The notes below the pieces were generated by a model that searched no databases, had not been told where the DNA came from, and worked only from the letters and a program-made list of their open reading frames with translations. Made by a program: the position numbers and the translations under genes. From assembly GCA_963764565.1 (NCBI GenBank), contig CAVXTD010000015.1, positions 2,317 through 66,316 on the forward strand: a DNA stretch of 64,000 nucleotides. Reading direction: 5' to 3'. Positions within the stretch are counted from its first letter, which is position 1; every line of letters starts with the position of its first letter. The DNA comes from an uncultured Actinomycetes bacterium (GTDB lineage: Bacteria; Actinomycetota; Thermoleophilia; Gaiellales; Gaiellaceae). Positions 9,255 through 18,195 of this stretch are shown piece after piece.

Positions 9255-10270
9255 GGCGGCCGGAGGACGCCCGTTCTCGAAACCTGCATCGCTCGCTTGC
9301 CGAAGTCCTGCTTCGACAGCGTGCGGACGAGCCCGTGCGCGGCCTCGGCGGGATCGGGGCGCGGGATGCCGTCCGGAGCCAGCGTGAGCGGGACGAGGTC
9401 TCCGGCGACCCAGCCGCCTCCGCGCGTCAGTGTCAGCTGAAGGATCCCGGTCACGCCCGTCACGCCCGAGGTCGCGAGCGTCTGGTACCCGACGAAGTTC
9501 CCGAGCGAATAGGCGATCAGCCGCCCGCGGTACCACTCCATCCCGCGGAGTACGTGTGGGCCGCTGCCGACGACCAGATCCGCGCCCGCTCGCACGACTG
9601 CATGCGAGAAGGCGATCGAGTTTCCCCGGTTCTCGCCGAGGAACCACTCGGTGCCCGGACGCACGTGCTGGTGCTCCGATCCCTCGGCTCCCGCGTGCAT
9701 CGTCACGACGACGAGGTCGGCCCACCGGTCGGCCTTACGCACGAGCCTCTGCGCGGCGGGGATGTTCAGCAGGCTCTGCGCCCAGGGATAGGGCGCGAAC
9801 CCGAGGACGGCGACCTTCGTCCCGCGCACCTTCATGTACGCGATCTCGCCGGGACGGCCGGTCGTCAGCAGGCCGGCCTTGCGCACTGCGCTGACCGTGT
9901 CGGCCTGCCCGGAGGCGCCGTAGTCGAGCGCGTGGTTGTTCGCCAGGTTGACGATCGTGAAGCCGGCCTGCCGCAGGAGCGACGCGTACGAGGTCGGAGC
10001 GCGAAACGAGAAGCAGCTCGAGCTGCCCGCGCCGCATTTCGAGGAGCCCCGGCTCGTCAGCGTGCCCTCGAGATTGCCGAGCACGACGTCGCCCGTCAGG
10101 TCGAGGCTGACGGAGCGGAAGTAGGAGTCCGCCGGCCCGGCGACCATCGCGATGTCGCCGGCGATCGCAAACCGCACGACGGGAGCCGGTGCGGCGCCGA
10201 CCGGAGCCGCGTCCAAGGCCGCGACCACGGCCGCGAGCGCGGCGAGACCCGACCAGAGCCGTCTGCTCAC
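9248..10270 (-). CDS. CapA-family (PGA_cap metallophosphatase-like) secreted protein
   Basis: VSRRLWSGLAALAAVVAAL signal sequence, then ...LGNLEGTLT...IVNLANNHALDYG...VTMHAGAEG...SLGNFVGYQ. GTG 10270 was chosen inside track ORF 9248..10483. Confidence 0.8.
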   Translation of the reverse strand: MSRRLWSGLAALAAVVAALDAAPVGAAPAPVVRFAIAGDIAMVAGPADSYFRSVSLDLTGDVVLGNLEGTLTSRGSSKCGAGSSSCFSFRAPTSYASLLRQAGFTIVNLANNHALDYGASGQADTVSAVRKAGLLTTGRPGEIAYMKVRGTKVAVLGFAPYPWAQSLLNIPAAQRLVRKADRWADLVVVTMHAGAEGSEHQHVRPGTEWFLGENRGNSIAFSHAVVRAGADLVVGSGPHVLRGMEWYRGRLIAYSLGNFVGYQTLATSGVTGVTGILQLTLTRGGGWVAGDLVPLTLAPDGIPRPDPAEAAHGLVRTLSKQDFGKRAMQVSRTGVLRPPS

Positions 10271-10391
10271 AGCGGCGCAGGGTACCGGCGCTCGCGGCCG
10301 TCGATCTCCCACTTCGTCACCGCCGGGACGCCAACCCGTCACCAGGCGGTGCCTCAACCGCGACCCAGCGCCATCGTCCGCCGCGTAACGC

Positions 10392-10607
10392 TTGCCTCGT
10401 CGTACACCTGACAAGGACTTCTCGCCCGCCTCGATCACGAAGCTGACCACGGATGAGGAGTCTTCCGGCGTGATCGACGCCAAGGACGTCCTCGGCGACA
10501 GGTGGTTCCTGCTCGACGTGCAGGCGCACTACACGACCGGAGTCGACCCGTCCCTGATCGAGGGCGGGCAGCTGCTCGCAATGAAGGTTCCGAACAGCGT
10601 CAAGTAG
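10392..10607 (+). CDS. Orphan 71-aa ORF with strong coding-like third-position GC; possibly the C-terminal remnant of a larger secreted protein
   Basis: ...ITKLTTDEESSGVIDAKDVLGDRWFLLDVQAHYTTGVDPSLIEGGQLLAMKVPNSVK*. Starts at TTG with an in-frame TAA two codons upstream. No N-terminal partner was found. Confidence 0.4.
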   Translation: MPRRTPDKDFSPASITKLTTDEESSGVIDAKDVLGDRWFLLDVQAHYTTGVDPSLIEGGQLLAMKVPNSVK

Positions 10608-10656
10608 TCGTCTGACTCCCGGCGGGCGAGGCCGCTCGGCCTTGCCCACCGGATCT

Positions 10657-11355
10657 CTACGTCAGCTCTTCGGGGTGCGAGGCGTCGGTGAACTCGCGGA
10701 ACTCGCCCGTGACGAGGTAGGCGGTCTGCTCGCCGATGTCGACCGCGTGGTCTCCGATCCGCTCCAGGCAGCGCGAGACGACCAGCATCCGCAGGCCCCA
10801 TTCCCGCTGTTCCGCATCGAGCTCGAGCACGTGCTCCGCCGTGCGGCGGTTCGCGCGGTCGATCAGCTCGTCGAGATCGACCAGCGCCTCCGCCCTCGCC
10901 AGATCGCGGTGGTGCAATGACCGGAGCGCGACGCGCGTCATCTCCTCGGCCCGCACGCCCATCTCGGCAAGGCTGGCGACGATCCGCGAGTCGGGCGGCG
11001 CGTCGGCGACGAGCTTGGTCAGCTTGGCGACGGTGACGCAGTAGTCGGCCATGCGCTCGAGGTGCAGGTTGATGTGCAGCATCGCGAGCACGAGACGGAG
11101 ATCGGTGGCGACGGGTGTCTGCCGCGCGAGCAGCGACTGGACGCCCTCCTGGATTGCGTAGTACGCGGCGTCGACCTCGTCGTCGAAGGCGATCACCTCG
11201 TCGGCGAGCTCGAAGTCCTGCTCCGAAAGCGCGCGGGTTGCAGCCTGCACCGAGCGGACGACGAGCTCTCCTTCGTGCTGGAGGTCCTGCTCGAGAGCGA
11301 CGAGCTCTTCGTGGAACGTGACCCTCAACGCTCGGCTCCGCTTCGGTGTCTCCAT
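10657..11355 (-). CDS. phoU: Phosphate signalling regulator PhoU (copy 2)
   Basis: Two PhoU repeats (...DDEVDAAYYAIQEG...RIGDHAVDIGEQTAYLVTGE). The start may instead be TTG 11328, giving LRVTFHEEL, which parallels MRVSFHEEL of copy 1. Confidence 0.85.
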   Translation of the reverse strand: METPKRSRALRVTFHEELVALEQDLQHEGELVVRSVQAATRALSEQDFELADEVIAFDDEVDAAYYAIQEGVQSLLARQTPVATDLRLVLAMLHINLHLERMADYCVTVAKLTKLVADAPPDSRIVASLAEMGVRAEEMTRVALRSLHHRDLARAEALVDLDELIDRANRRTAEHVLELDAEQREWGLRMLVVSRCLERIGDHAVDIGEQTAYLVTGEFREFTDASHPEELT

Positions 11356-11455
11356 CGCTCGATGCTAGCTCGCGACGCATCGCCGCGCGTGCCGATCGCC
11401 TTCACGATCTCGTCACGGCCGCTTCGCCGCGGCGGTTGCCCGCGCCCGTCGGGCG

Positions 11456-12133
11456 CTAGACGCCGACGGCCCCGGGCCGGCCGGCATCGGTGTACTCGCG
11501 GAACTCGCCGGTGACGAGATAGACCGTCTGCTCGCCGATGTCGGTGGCGTGGTCGCCGATCCGCTCGAGGGAGCGGGAGACGATCAGCATCCTCAGTCCC
11601 CACCGCCGTAGGTCGTCGTCGCTGAATGCGAAGACGTGCTCGACGGCGCGGCGGTTCGCACGGTCGATCAGCTCGTCGAGCTCGACAAGCGTCTCGGCCC
11701 GCGCCACGTCCCGCGCCGCGAACGAGTCGACGGCGACCCGGATCATCTCCTCGGCGCGCGAGCCCATCTCCTCGAACTCTTCGATCAGCGTCGGGTCGCC
11801 CGGCAGATGGTGCGTCAGCTTGACGAGCTTTGCGACCGTGACGCAGTAGTCGGCCATACGCTCGAGATGGAGGTTCACGTGCAGGATCGCGAGCACGCGG
11901 CGCAGATCGACCGCGACCGGCGTCTGGCGCGCGAGCAGGCTCTCGATTCCCTGCTCGATCTCGATATACAGGCGGTCGACGTCGTCGTCGAAGGCGATCA
12001 CCTCGTCGGCGAGCTGGGGGTCTCCCTGCCTCAGCGCCGACAGAACCGCGCGAAGCGAACGGAGAACCAGGTCGCTCTCGGACTCGAGCCGGCGCTCGAG
12101 TGCGTCGAGCTCCTCGTGGAAGCTGACCCGCAT
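11456..12133 (-). CDS. phoU: Phosphate signalling regulator PhoU (copy 1)
   Basis: MRVSFHEELDALERRLE...DDDVDRLYIEIEQG...RIGDHATDIGEQTVYLVTGE. Begins 2 nt after the pstB stop. Confidence 0.9.
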   Translation of the reverse strand: MRVSFHEELDALERRLESESDLVLRSLRAVLSALRQGDPQLADEVIAFDDDVDRLYIEIEQGIESLLARQTPVAVDLRRVLAILHVNLHLERMADYCVTVAKLVKLTHHLPGDPTLIEEFEEMGSRAEEMIRVAVDSFAARDVARAETLVELDELIDRANRRAVEHVFAFSDDDLRRWGLRMLIVSRSLERIGDHATDIGEQTVYLVTGEFREYTDAGRPGAVGV

Positions 12134-12134
12134 C

Positions 12135-12995
12135 TCAGCCGAAGCGACCGGTGACGTAGTCCTCGGTGCGCTTGTCGGACGGGTGCGTGAAGATGCTCGC
12201 CGTCTCGTCGTACTCGACCAGGATCCCGTACCGGTCGCCGTCGGTGACCTCGAGGCTGAAGAACGCGGTCATGTCCGCAACCCGCGCGGCCTGCTGCATG
12301 TTGTGGGTGACGATCACGAGCGTGTAGTCGCGCTTCAGCTCGTGCATCAGATCCTCGATCGCCGCGGTCGAGATCGGGTCGAGGGCCGAGGCCGGCTCGT
12401 CGAGCAGGATCACCTCCGGCTCGACGGCGAGCGCGCGCGCGATGCAGAGGCGCTGCTGCTGTCCGCCGGAGAGCGCGAGCGCGCTCTGCTTCAGGCGGTC
12501 CTTGACCTCGTCCCAGAGCGCCGCGCCCTTCAGCGCGCGCTCGACCCGCTCGTCCATGTTCCCGCCCATCCCGAGCACCTTCGGAGCGAAGGCGATGTTG
12601 TCGTAGATCGACTTCGGGAACGGGTTGGGCTTCTGGAACACCATCCCGATCCGCCGCCGTACCTCGACCGGATCGGCGTCCGAGCCGTAGAGGTCCTCGC
12701 CGTGGTAGAGGATCCGACCGCCGACGTTGACTCCCGGGACGAGGTCGTTCATCCGGTTGAGACAGCGGATGAAGGTGCTCTTGCCGCACCCCGACGGGCC
12801 GATCACGGCGGTGATCAGATTGCTGTAGACGTCGAGGTTGACGTCCTTGACCGCAACGTTCGAGCCGTAGGCGACGCTCAGGTCGTCGATCCCGAACACG
12901 ACCTCGCGCTTGGCCACCGGCGCGTCGTTGCGCTTCAGGCTCGATCCGACGTCGATCGCTGCGAGCTCGGCCGGCACGTGAGGAGTCTCGCTCAT
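12135..12995 (-). CDS. pstB: Phosphate ABC transporter ATP-binding protein
   Basis: Walker [10 protein letters not shown], signature [14 protein letters not shown], and a typical PstB tail ...[18 protein letters not shown]. Confidence 0.95.
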   Translation of the reverse strand: MSETPHVPAELAAIDVGSSLKRNDAPVAKREVVFGIDDLSVAYGSNVAVKDVNLDVYSNLITAVIGPSGCGKSTFIRCLNRMNDLVPGVNVGGRILYHGEDLYGSDADPVEVRRRIGMVFQKPNPFPKSIYDNIAFAPKVLGMGGNMDERVERALKGAALWDEVKDRLKQSALALSGGQQQRLCIARALAVEPEVILLDEPASALDPISTAAIEDLMHELKRDYTLVIVTHNMQQAARVADMTAFFSLEVTDGDRYGILVEYDETASIFTHPSDKRTEDYVTGRFG

Positions 12996-13018
12996 CGCTC
13001 TTCGGCTCCGGGTCTAGG

Positions 13019-13051
13019 GGATGTGAACGTGTGGTGTAGAGGTGGTGAAGG
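13019..13051 (-). promoter_or_regulatory. PHO-box-like array, three 11-nt direct repeats (CCTTCACCACC TCTACACCACA CGTTCACATCC on the pstB-sense strand)
   Basis: Exact 11-nt periodicity with a TTCAC/TACAC core, read from the sequence. Sits in the pstB/pstC divergent spacer and ends 23 nt before the pstB ATG. Confidence 0.6.
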
Positions 13052-13116
13052 GGGCTGCGCCCGCCTGCCGGGACTGTAAAGCTCCGCGCGCATGGACGCG
13101 CCGCGCTCCGAGTTGC

Positions 13117-14068
13117 ATGCCGCACGCGCTCGCCTCGCGACGGCGGTTGACCGACCGTGTCGGCGACAGCGCCCTGCATGTCCTGACGGGGCTCGCGGCC
13201 GCTGCCTCGGTCGTGATCGTCGGCTTGATCGCGTACCGCCTCGTCGACGGGGCCTGGCCGGCGATCCGGAAGTTCGGGATCGCTTTCGTCTGGCACCAGA
13301 CCTGGGACCCGGTCACGAGCGTCTTCGGCGCACTCGACTTCCTCTACGGAACGGCCGTGACCTCGTTCGCGGCAGTGCTGATCGCCGGACCGATCGCGAT
13401 CGCGATCGCGCTCTTCCTCACCGAGCTCGCGCCGCCGGCCGTCCGAGGCGTGATCGGCTCGCTCGTCGAGATGCTTGCGGCCGTGCCGAGCGTCGTGCTC
13501 GGTCTCTGGGGGATCTTCGTGCTCGGCCCGTTCGTCCGGGATCACTTCGATCCCTGGCTCCACTCGTGGTTCGGCTGGATCCCGCTCTTCCAGGGAACGC
13601 CGCAACAGGCGGGAATGCTGCCGGCGATCCTGATCCTGACGATCATGATCGTCCCGATCTCGGCGAGCGTCACGCCGGGAGCTCTTCAAGGCTGTGCCGC
13701 CGGAGTTGAAGGAGGGGGCGTACGGGCTCGGTCTCACGCGCTGGGAGATGGTCCGCGGGGTCATCTTTCCGTTCACGCGCGGAGGGGTAGTGGCGGCTGT
13801 GCTGCTCGGGATGGGTCGCGCCGTCGGCGAGGCGATCGCGGTTACGCAGGTGATCGGCGGCTTCACGGGCATCCCGACCTCGCTGTTCCAGCCGGGCGAT
13901 ACGCTGGCCAGCCGCATCGCCGCCCAGTACCAGGGCGCCGTTTCGAACATCCACATCGCCTCGATCGTCTACCTGGCGCTGATTCTCCTGGTGTTCGCGC
14001 TTCTGACCAACCTCGGCGCGCAGCTGATCGTCAACCGCTTCGAAGCCCAGAAGGCCGGTACGCGCTGA
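13117..14068 (+). pseudogene. pstC: Phosphate ABC permease PstC, frame break near 13675
   Basis: The N-terminal 185 aa or so are in ORF 13042..15330 (...ILTIMIVPISASVT). The C-terminus RELFKAVPPELKEGAYGLGLTRWEMV... is in ORF 13694..14068. Confidence 0.85.
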
Positions 14069-14950
14069 TGGCCGCCCAGCAGGGTCTCCTGTCGGCCGGC
14101 GGCCGCGTCAAGCGCCGCAAGCGGGTCAACCGCGCGGTCGAGGCGGGCTGGCTTCTCGCGTCTGGCCTGGCGGTCGCCGTTCTCGGCCTCGTCACCGCCT
14201 CCGTCTTTCTTCGGGGGATCAGGGCGCTGAACCTCGACCTGTTCACGAAGACGCCGGTCACGTTCGGGGAGACCGGCGGCGGGATCGCGCACGCGTTCGT
14301 CGGCAGTCTGATCCTGGTCGGGCTCGGAGCGGCGATGGCCGTGCCCGTGGGCGTGCTCGCGGCGATCTACGTCAGCGAGTTCGCGGAGCAGCGGATCGCC
14401 CAGGGGATCAAGCTCACGCTGGACGTCCTCAACGGGCTCCCGTCGATCGTGATCGGCATCTTCCTCTTCGCGCTGCTGGTCGTCGGCCGCGGCCAGAACG
14501 GCTTCATCGGCGCGATCGCTCTGGCGATCATCATGCTGCCGGTGATCTCCCGCGCGACGCAGGAGATCCTGGCCCTCGTACCCAACCACCTGCGCGAGGG
14601 CAGTCTGGCGCTCGGCGTCAGCAAGTGGCGCACGATCGTCGGTGTGATCCTGCCGACCACGTTCAGCGGGATCCTGACCGGCACGACCCTGGCGATCGCG
14701 CGTGCGGCGGGCGAGACGGCGCCGCTTCTCTTCACGACCTCGCTGTTCGGGAACTGCGGTCTCGTCCGACCCGAATCACGCGCTGGCCTCGATCCCGGTG
14801 ATCATCTTCACCTACTCGGAGGCACCGGACCAGCACCTGAACGACCAGGCCTGGGCGGCCGCGTTCGTCCTGATCACGTTCGTGCTCGTCACCAGCCTGC
14901 TCTCCCGCGCCGCGCTCTCCCGCAGCCGCCGCAAGCTCGAGCGGGGCTAG
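14068..14950 (+). pseudogene. pstA: Phosphate ABC permease PstA, frame break near 14750
   Basis: The ATG overlaps the pstC TGA (ATGA). ...LPVISRATQEILALVPNHLREGSLALGVSKWRTI...LLFTTSLFG is followed by a C-terminus (AVSSDPNHALASIPVIIFTYSEAPDQH...) in ORF 14702..14950. Confidence 0.85.
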
Positions 14951-14961
14951 CACGCGTCCTC

Positions 14962-14994
14962 GTTCACATCCTTTTCACCACAGGTTTACCGCCC
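14962..14994 (+). promoter_or_regulatory. PHO-box-like array, three 11-nt direct repeats (GTTCACATCCT TTTCACCACAG GTTTACCGCCC)
   Basis: Read directly from the sequence. Ends 67 nt upstream of the pstS ATG, inside the pstA-pstS spacer. Confidence 0.65.
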
Positions 14995-15061
14995 CGGTGC
15001 CCACGCGTCGACAGGCGGCGGCGAGACTGGCGGTGCTGTGCTCACAACGAGAGAGGGAGAC

Positions 15062-16098
15062 ATGAAGACCAAGTTCCTGTCCGTCGGCGCGCTCGCGCTC
15101 ACCGCGCTCGTCGCGGCCACCGCCGCGCTCGCGGGCGGCTCGGCAAAGAACGACACGACGCTCAACGGCGCGGGTGCGACGTTCCCGTTCCCGCTGATCT
15201 CGCAGTGGCAAAAGGACTATCCGACGAAGACCGGTGTGAAGGTCAACTACAACCCGATCGGCTCCGGCGGCGGGCATCGCCGCGATCACCGCTCGCACGG
15301 TCGACTTCGGCGCGAGCGACGCTCCGCTGACGCCCGACCAGTTCTGCGAACTGCAAGGGCTGCGTCCAGATCCCGTGGGTGCTGTCCTCGACGGCGGTCT
15401 TGTACAACCTGCCGGGCGTTCCGAACAACCTGAAGCTGACGGGCGCAGAACGTTGCCGAACATCTACCTCGGAAAGATCACGACATGGAACGATCCGGCG
15501 ATCACGAAGAACAACGCCGGCGTCAGCCTGCCGAGCACCAAGATCACGCCGGTCTTTCGCTCTGACGGCTCGGGAACGACGTACAACTTCACCGACTACC
15601 TGTCGGCGGTCAGCTCGGAGTTCAAGTCGAAGGTCGGCAACTCGACTTCGGTGAGCTGGCCGGCCGGCATCGGCGGCCGCGGGAGCTCCGGCGTCGCGGG
15701 CGTCGTGAAGAACACCCCGGGCGCCATCGGCTACGCGGACATCGCCTACGCGCTGGCGAACAAGATCCAGTTCGCCCGCATCCAGAACAAGGCCGGCAAG
15801 TGGGTGACTACCGGGCCTGCGCGCGATCGCGGCTGCGGCGTCGACCGTCAAGTCGGTGCCGGCGAACAACGAGATGCACCTCGTCAACCCGGCGGCGACG
15901 AACAAGCTGGCGTACCCGATCTGCACCTTCTCGTACGTCCTGCTGCCGACGAAGAGCGACAAGGCGGCGGATCTCCGCAAGTTCGTCTTCTACGCCCTCA
16001 CGCAGGGTCAGAAGATGGGGCCGAAGCTGCTCTTCGTCCCGATCCCGAAGGTCGTGCTGGTCGCGGCCGAGAAGACCCTGAAGCAGGTCCAGAGCTAG
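15062..16098 (+). pseudogene. pstS: Phosphate-binding lipoprotein PstS, about 4 frame breaks (near 15270, 15345, 15450, 15810)
   Basis: MKTKFLSVGALALTALVAATAALAGG...GATFPFPLISQWQKDY in one frame. IAAITARTVDFGASDAPL, QIPWVLSSTAVLYNLPGV, NIYLGKITTWNDPAI...SDGSGTTYNFTDYL and AYPICTFSYVLLP...KTLKQVQS* are in other frames (track ORFs 15038, 15375, 15379, 15856). Confidence 0.85.
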
Positions 16099-16123
16099 CA
16101 CCTACCCGCTCCGGTGCTGGTCC

Positions 16124-16157
16124 AGCGGGCGCCCCACATGGGGCGCCCGCTCCCTTT
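16124..16157 (+). terminator. Rho-independent terminator after pstS
   Basis: AGCGGGCGCCCC-acat-GGGGCGCCCGCT is a perfect 12-bp GC stem, followed by ccctttc. Confidence 0.6.
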
Positions 16158-16209
16158 CGGGCACGCGAGGAGCGCCCTTCCCAGGGCGCCCTCGCGTCCG
16201 TTGCGGAGA

Positions 16210-16386
16210 TCAGGCCGCCGGGAGGGCGACCGGGGCAAGCGAGCCGTCGAGGCGCTCGAGCAGCGCTCGCTCGGTTTCGTCCAGCCACCAGTTGTCATCG
16301 ACGACCCTGAGGATGCGCACCAGGGCCGCTCGTTCGTCGTCGCGCAGGAGGAAGACGAAGCCGGCTTCTGCGTACGGCGGTTCCAC
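16210..16386 (-). CDS. Possible 58-aa protein downstream of the kinase gene
   Basis: VEPPYAEAGFVFLLRDDERAALVRILRVVDDNWWLDETERALLERLDGSLAPVALPAA*. High third-position GC, GTG start. This is the tail of spurious track ORF 16210..17430. Confidence 0.3.
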   Translation of the reverse strand: MEPPYAEAGFVFLLRDDERAALVRILRVVDDNWWLDETERALLERLDGSLAPVALPAA

Positions 16387-16454
16387 GGTGCGAGTGTGCG
16401 GCGCCCGGTCGCAGCCGTGGGCTGCGGAACGGTGAACGGTGGGGGAAGGTCCGG

Positions 16455-17372
16455 CTAGAAGGCGCAGGTGATCGTCAGCCCGCCGCCCGGCGTCTCCGAT
16501 GCATCGACCGTGCCTCCAGCCGAGACGACGACGTGCTTGACGATCGCGAGGCCCAGGCCGGTGCCGCGTGAGGATCGGGCGCGGTCGGCGCGGTAGAAGC
16601 GCTCGAAGATCCGCGGCAGGTCCTCCGCCGATACGCCGACGCCCGTGTCCGCGGCGACCAGCAGTGCGCGACCGCCGTCGCTGCGCACGGAAAGGGTCAG
16701 CGTCGCTCCTTCGCCTGCGTAGCGGAGCGAGTTCCCGATCAGGTTCGAGACGACGACCCGGAGCATCCGCGGCCGGACCGGAAGCTCGAGCGTCTCGTCG
16801 CATTCGAGCTCGAGGTGCACCGCGGCCCGGAGCGCCCGTTCTCGCTCCTCCGCCACGACCTCGCGGAGCACGGGGCAGGCGGGGGTCGTGCCGAGCGAGA
16901 CCACCTCGCGGCCCGTCTCGAGCTCGCTCAGGAAGAGCACGTCGTCGATCAGCTCGCCGATCTGGGCGACCTCGGCGCGCGCGTGCGCGATCACCTCGGA
17001 CGTGTCGACCTCGGGGAAGTCCGCGGTCTCGAGCAGGACGAGCAGCCGCGCGAGCGGCGTGCGCAGCTCGTGGGAGACGGCAGCGGTGAAGCCGGCCCGG
17101 AGCTCCTCGTAGGCAGCCAGCTCGCCGGAGCGGCTGCTCAGGTAGACGAGGCGCTCGCGGCGGCCGTCGACCTGGTATGGGATCACGACCGGTATCCGCG
17201 CCGCATCCTCGCGGAGGAGATCCTCCGGGATCGGCTCGCCTTCGTGGACGCCCTCGAGCAGGTCGCGCGCGCGCCGGCTGGCGACGACGACGGTGCCGTC
17301 CTCGTCGAGGACGAGTACCATCTCCGGGCTCTCCTCGATCAGGAAGCGCCCCCTGGCGGCTTCGACGGCCAC
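16455..17372 (-). CDS. Cytoplasmic PAS-histidine kinase, SenX3/PhoR-like
   Basis: H-box FTAAVSHELRTPLARL, N/G boxes ...SNLIGNSLRYA...DTGVGVSAEDLPRIFERFYRAD...GTGLGLAIVKH. No transmembrane segment. Confidence 0.85.
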   Translation of the reverse strand: MAVEAARGRFLIEESPEMVLVLDEDGTVVVASRRARDLLEGVHEGEPIPEDLLREDAARIPVVIPYQVDGRRERLVYLSSRSGELAAYEELRAGFTAAVSHELRTPLARLLVLLETADFPEVDTSEVIAHARAEVAQIGELIDDVLFLSELETGREVVSLGTTPACPVLREVVAEERERALRAAVHLELECDETLELPVRPRMLRVVVSNLIGNSLRYAGEGATLTLSVRSDGGRALLVAADTGVGVSAEDLPRIFERFYRADRARSSRGTGLGLAIVKHVVVSAGGTVDASETPGGGLTITCAF

Positions 17373-17420
17373 CTCGTCTCGTTCGGCGTCGTCCGGGCGG
17401 TTCCCGCGTAGGAAACGGCC

Positions 17421-17453
17421 GCATCACCAACTGTTCACCAAATGTTCACTGGG
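17421..17453 (+). promoter_or_regulatory. PHO-box-like array, three 11-nt direct repeats (GCATCACCAAC TGTTCACCAAA TGTTCACTGGG)
   Basis: Read directly from the sequence. Lies in the divergent kinase/regulator spacer and ends 46 nt before the regulator ATG. Confidence 0.65.
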
Positions 17454-17499
17454 GTGGCACCCGCCCACGGCGTCCTCGCGACGATCATGCCAGTGGATC

Positions 17500-18195
17500 A
17501 TGAGCAAGGTTCTGATCGTCGAGGACGACGACGTCATCGGCAGGGGAATGGCGAGTCATCTGGCGCTCGCCGGCTTCGATCCGCTGCTGGTCGGCCAGGG
17601 CGAGGTCGGCCTCGCCCGGCTGCGCTACGAGCATCCCGACGCGTGCGTGCTCGACCTGATGCTGCCCGGGCTCGACGGCTGGGAGCTGATCGAGACCGTG
17701 CGCGGCGAGGGGATCGGCACGCCGATCATCGTCGTCAGCGCACGCGGAACCGAGAGCGACAGGATCCGGGCGCTCGAGCTCGGGGCCGACGACTACCTCG
17801 TCAAGCCGTTCTCGATGGGCGAGCTCGTCGCGCGCGTGCGCGCGGCGGTGCGGCGAGGCGTCCGTTCTCAGATCGCCGACCGCGGTGAGCGGATCGAGAT
17901 CGAGGAGCTCGTGATCGACCCGCGCAACGTCCAGGCGTACGTCGACGGCGTGAGCGCGGAGTTGACCCCGACCGAGTTCAGGCTGCTGCATGCACTCGCG
18001 CTCGAGGCGGGCCGCGTCGTCAGCCGGGAGGAGCTGATGCAGGCGATCTGGGGCCGGCGCCAGCGCTACCGCGACCGCACCGTCGACGTGTTCATCCGGA
18101 AGCTTCGCGACAAGATCGACCGGCGCGCGCTCACCCACACGTTCCTGCACACACGCCACGGGGTCGGCTACAAGCTCGAGGCGCTCGCCAAGTAG
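17500..18195 (+). CDS. OmpR-family response regulator, RegX3/PhoP-like
   Basis: MSKVLIVEDDD...VLDLMLPGLDG...winged-helix TPTEFRLLHAL...GVGYKL. The ATG at 17500 is in frame in track ORF 17293..18195. Confidence 0.9.
   Translation: MSKVLIVEDDDVIGRGMASHLALAGFDPLLVGQGEVGLARLRYEHPDACVLDLMLPGLDGWELIETVRGEGIGTPIIVVSARGTESDRIRALELGADDYLVKPFSMGELVARVRAAVRRGVRSQIADRGERIEIEELVIDPRNVQAYVDGVSAELTPTEFRLLHALALEAGRVVSREELMQAIWGRRQRYRDRTVDVFIRKLRDKIDRRALTHTFLHTRHGVGYKLEALAK

Noticed and set aside
14950-15012. Direct repeat CACGCGTC flanking the pstS PHO boxes (14951-14958 and 15002-15009), considered as a second regulatory motif.
   Set aside because: It is a short GC-rich 8-mer containing the common ACGCGT palindrome, so chance occurrence is plausible and there is no further support.
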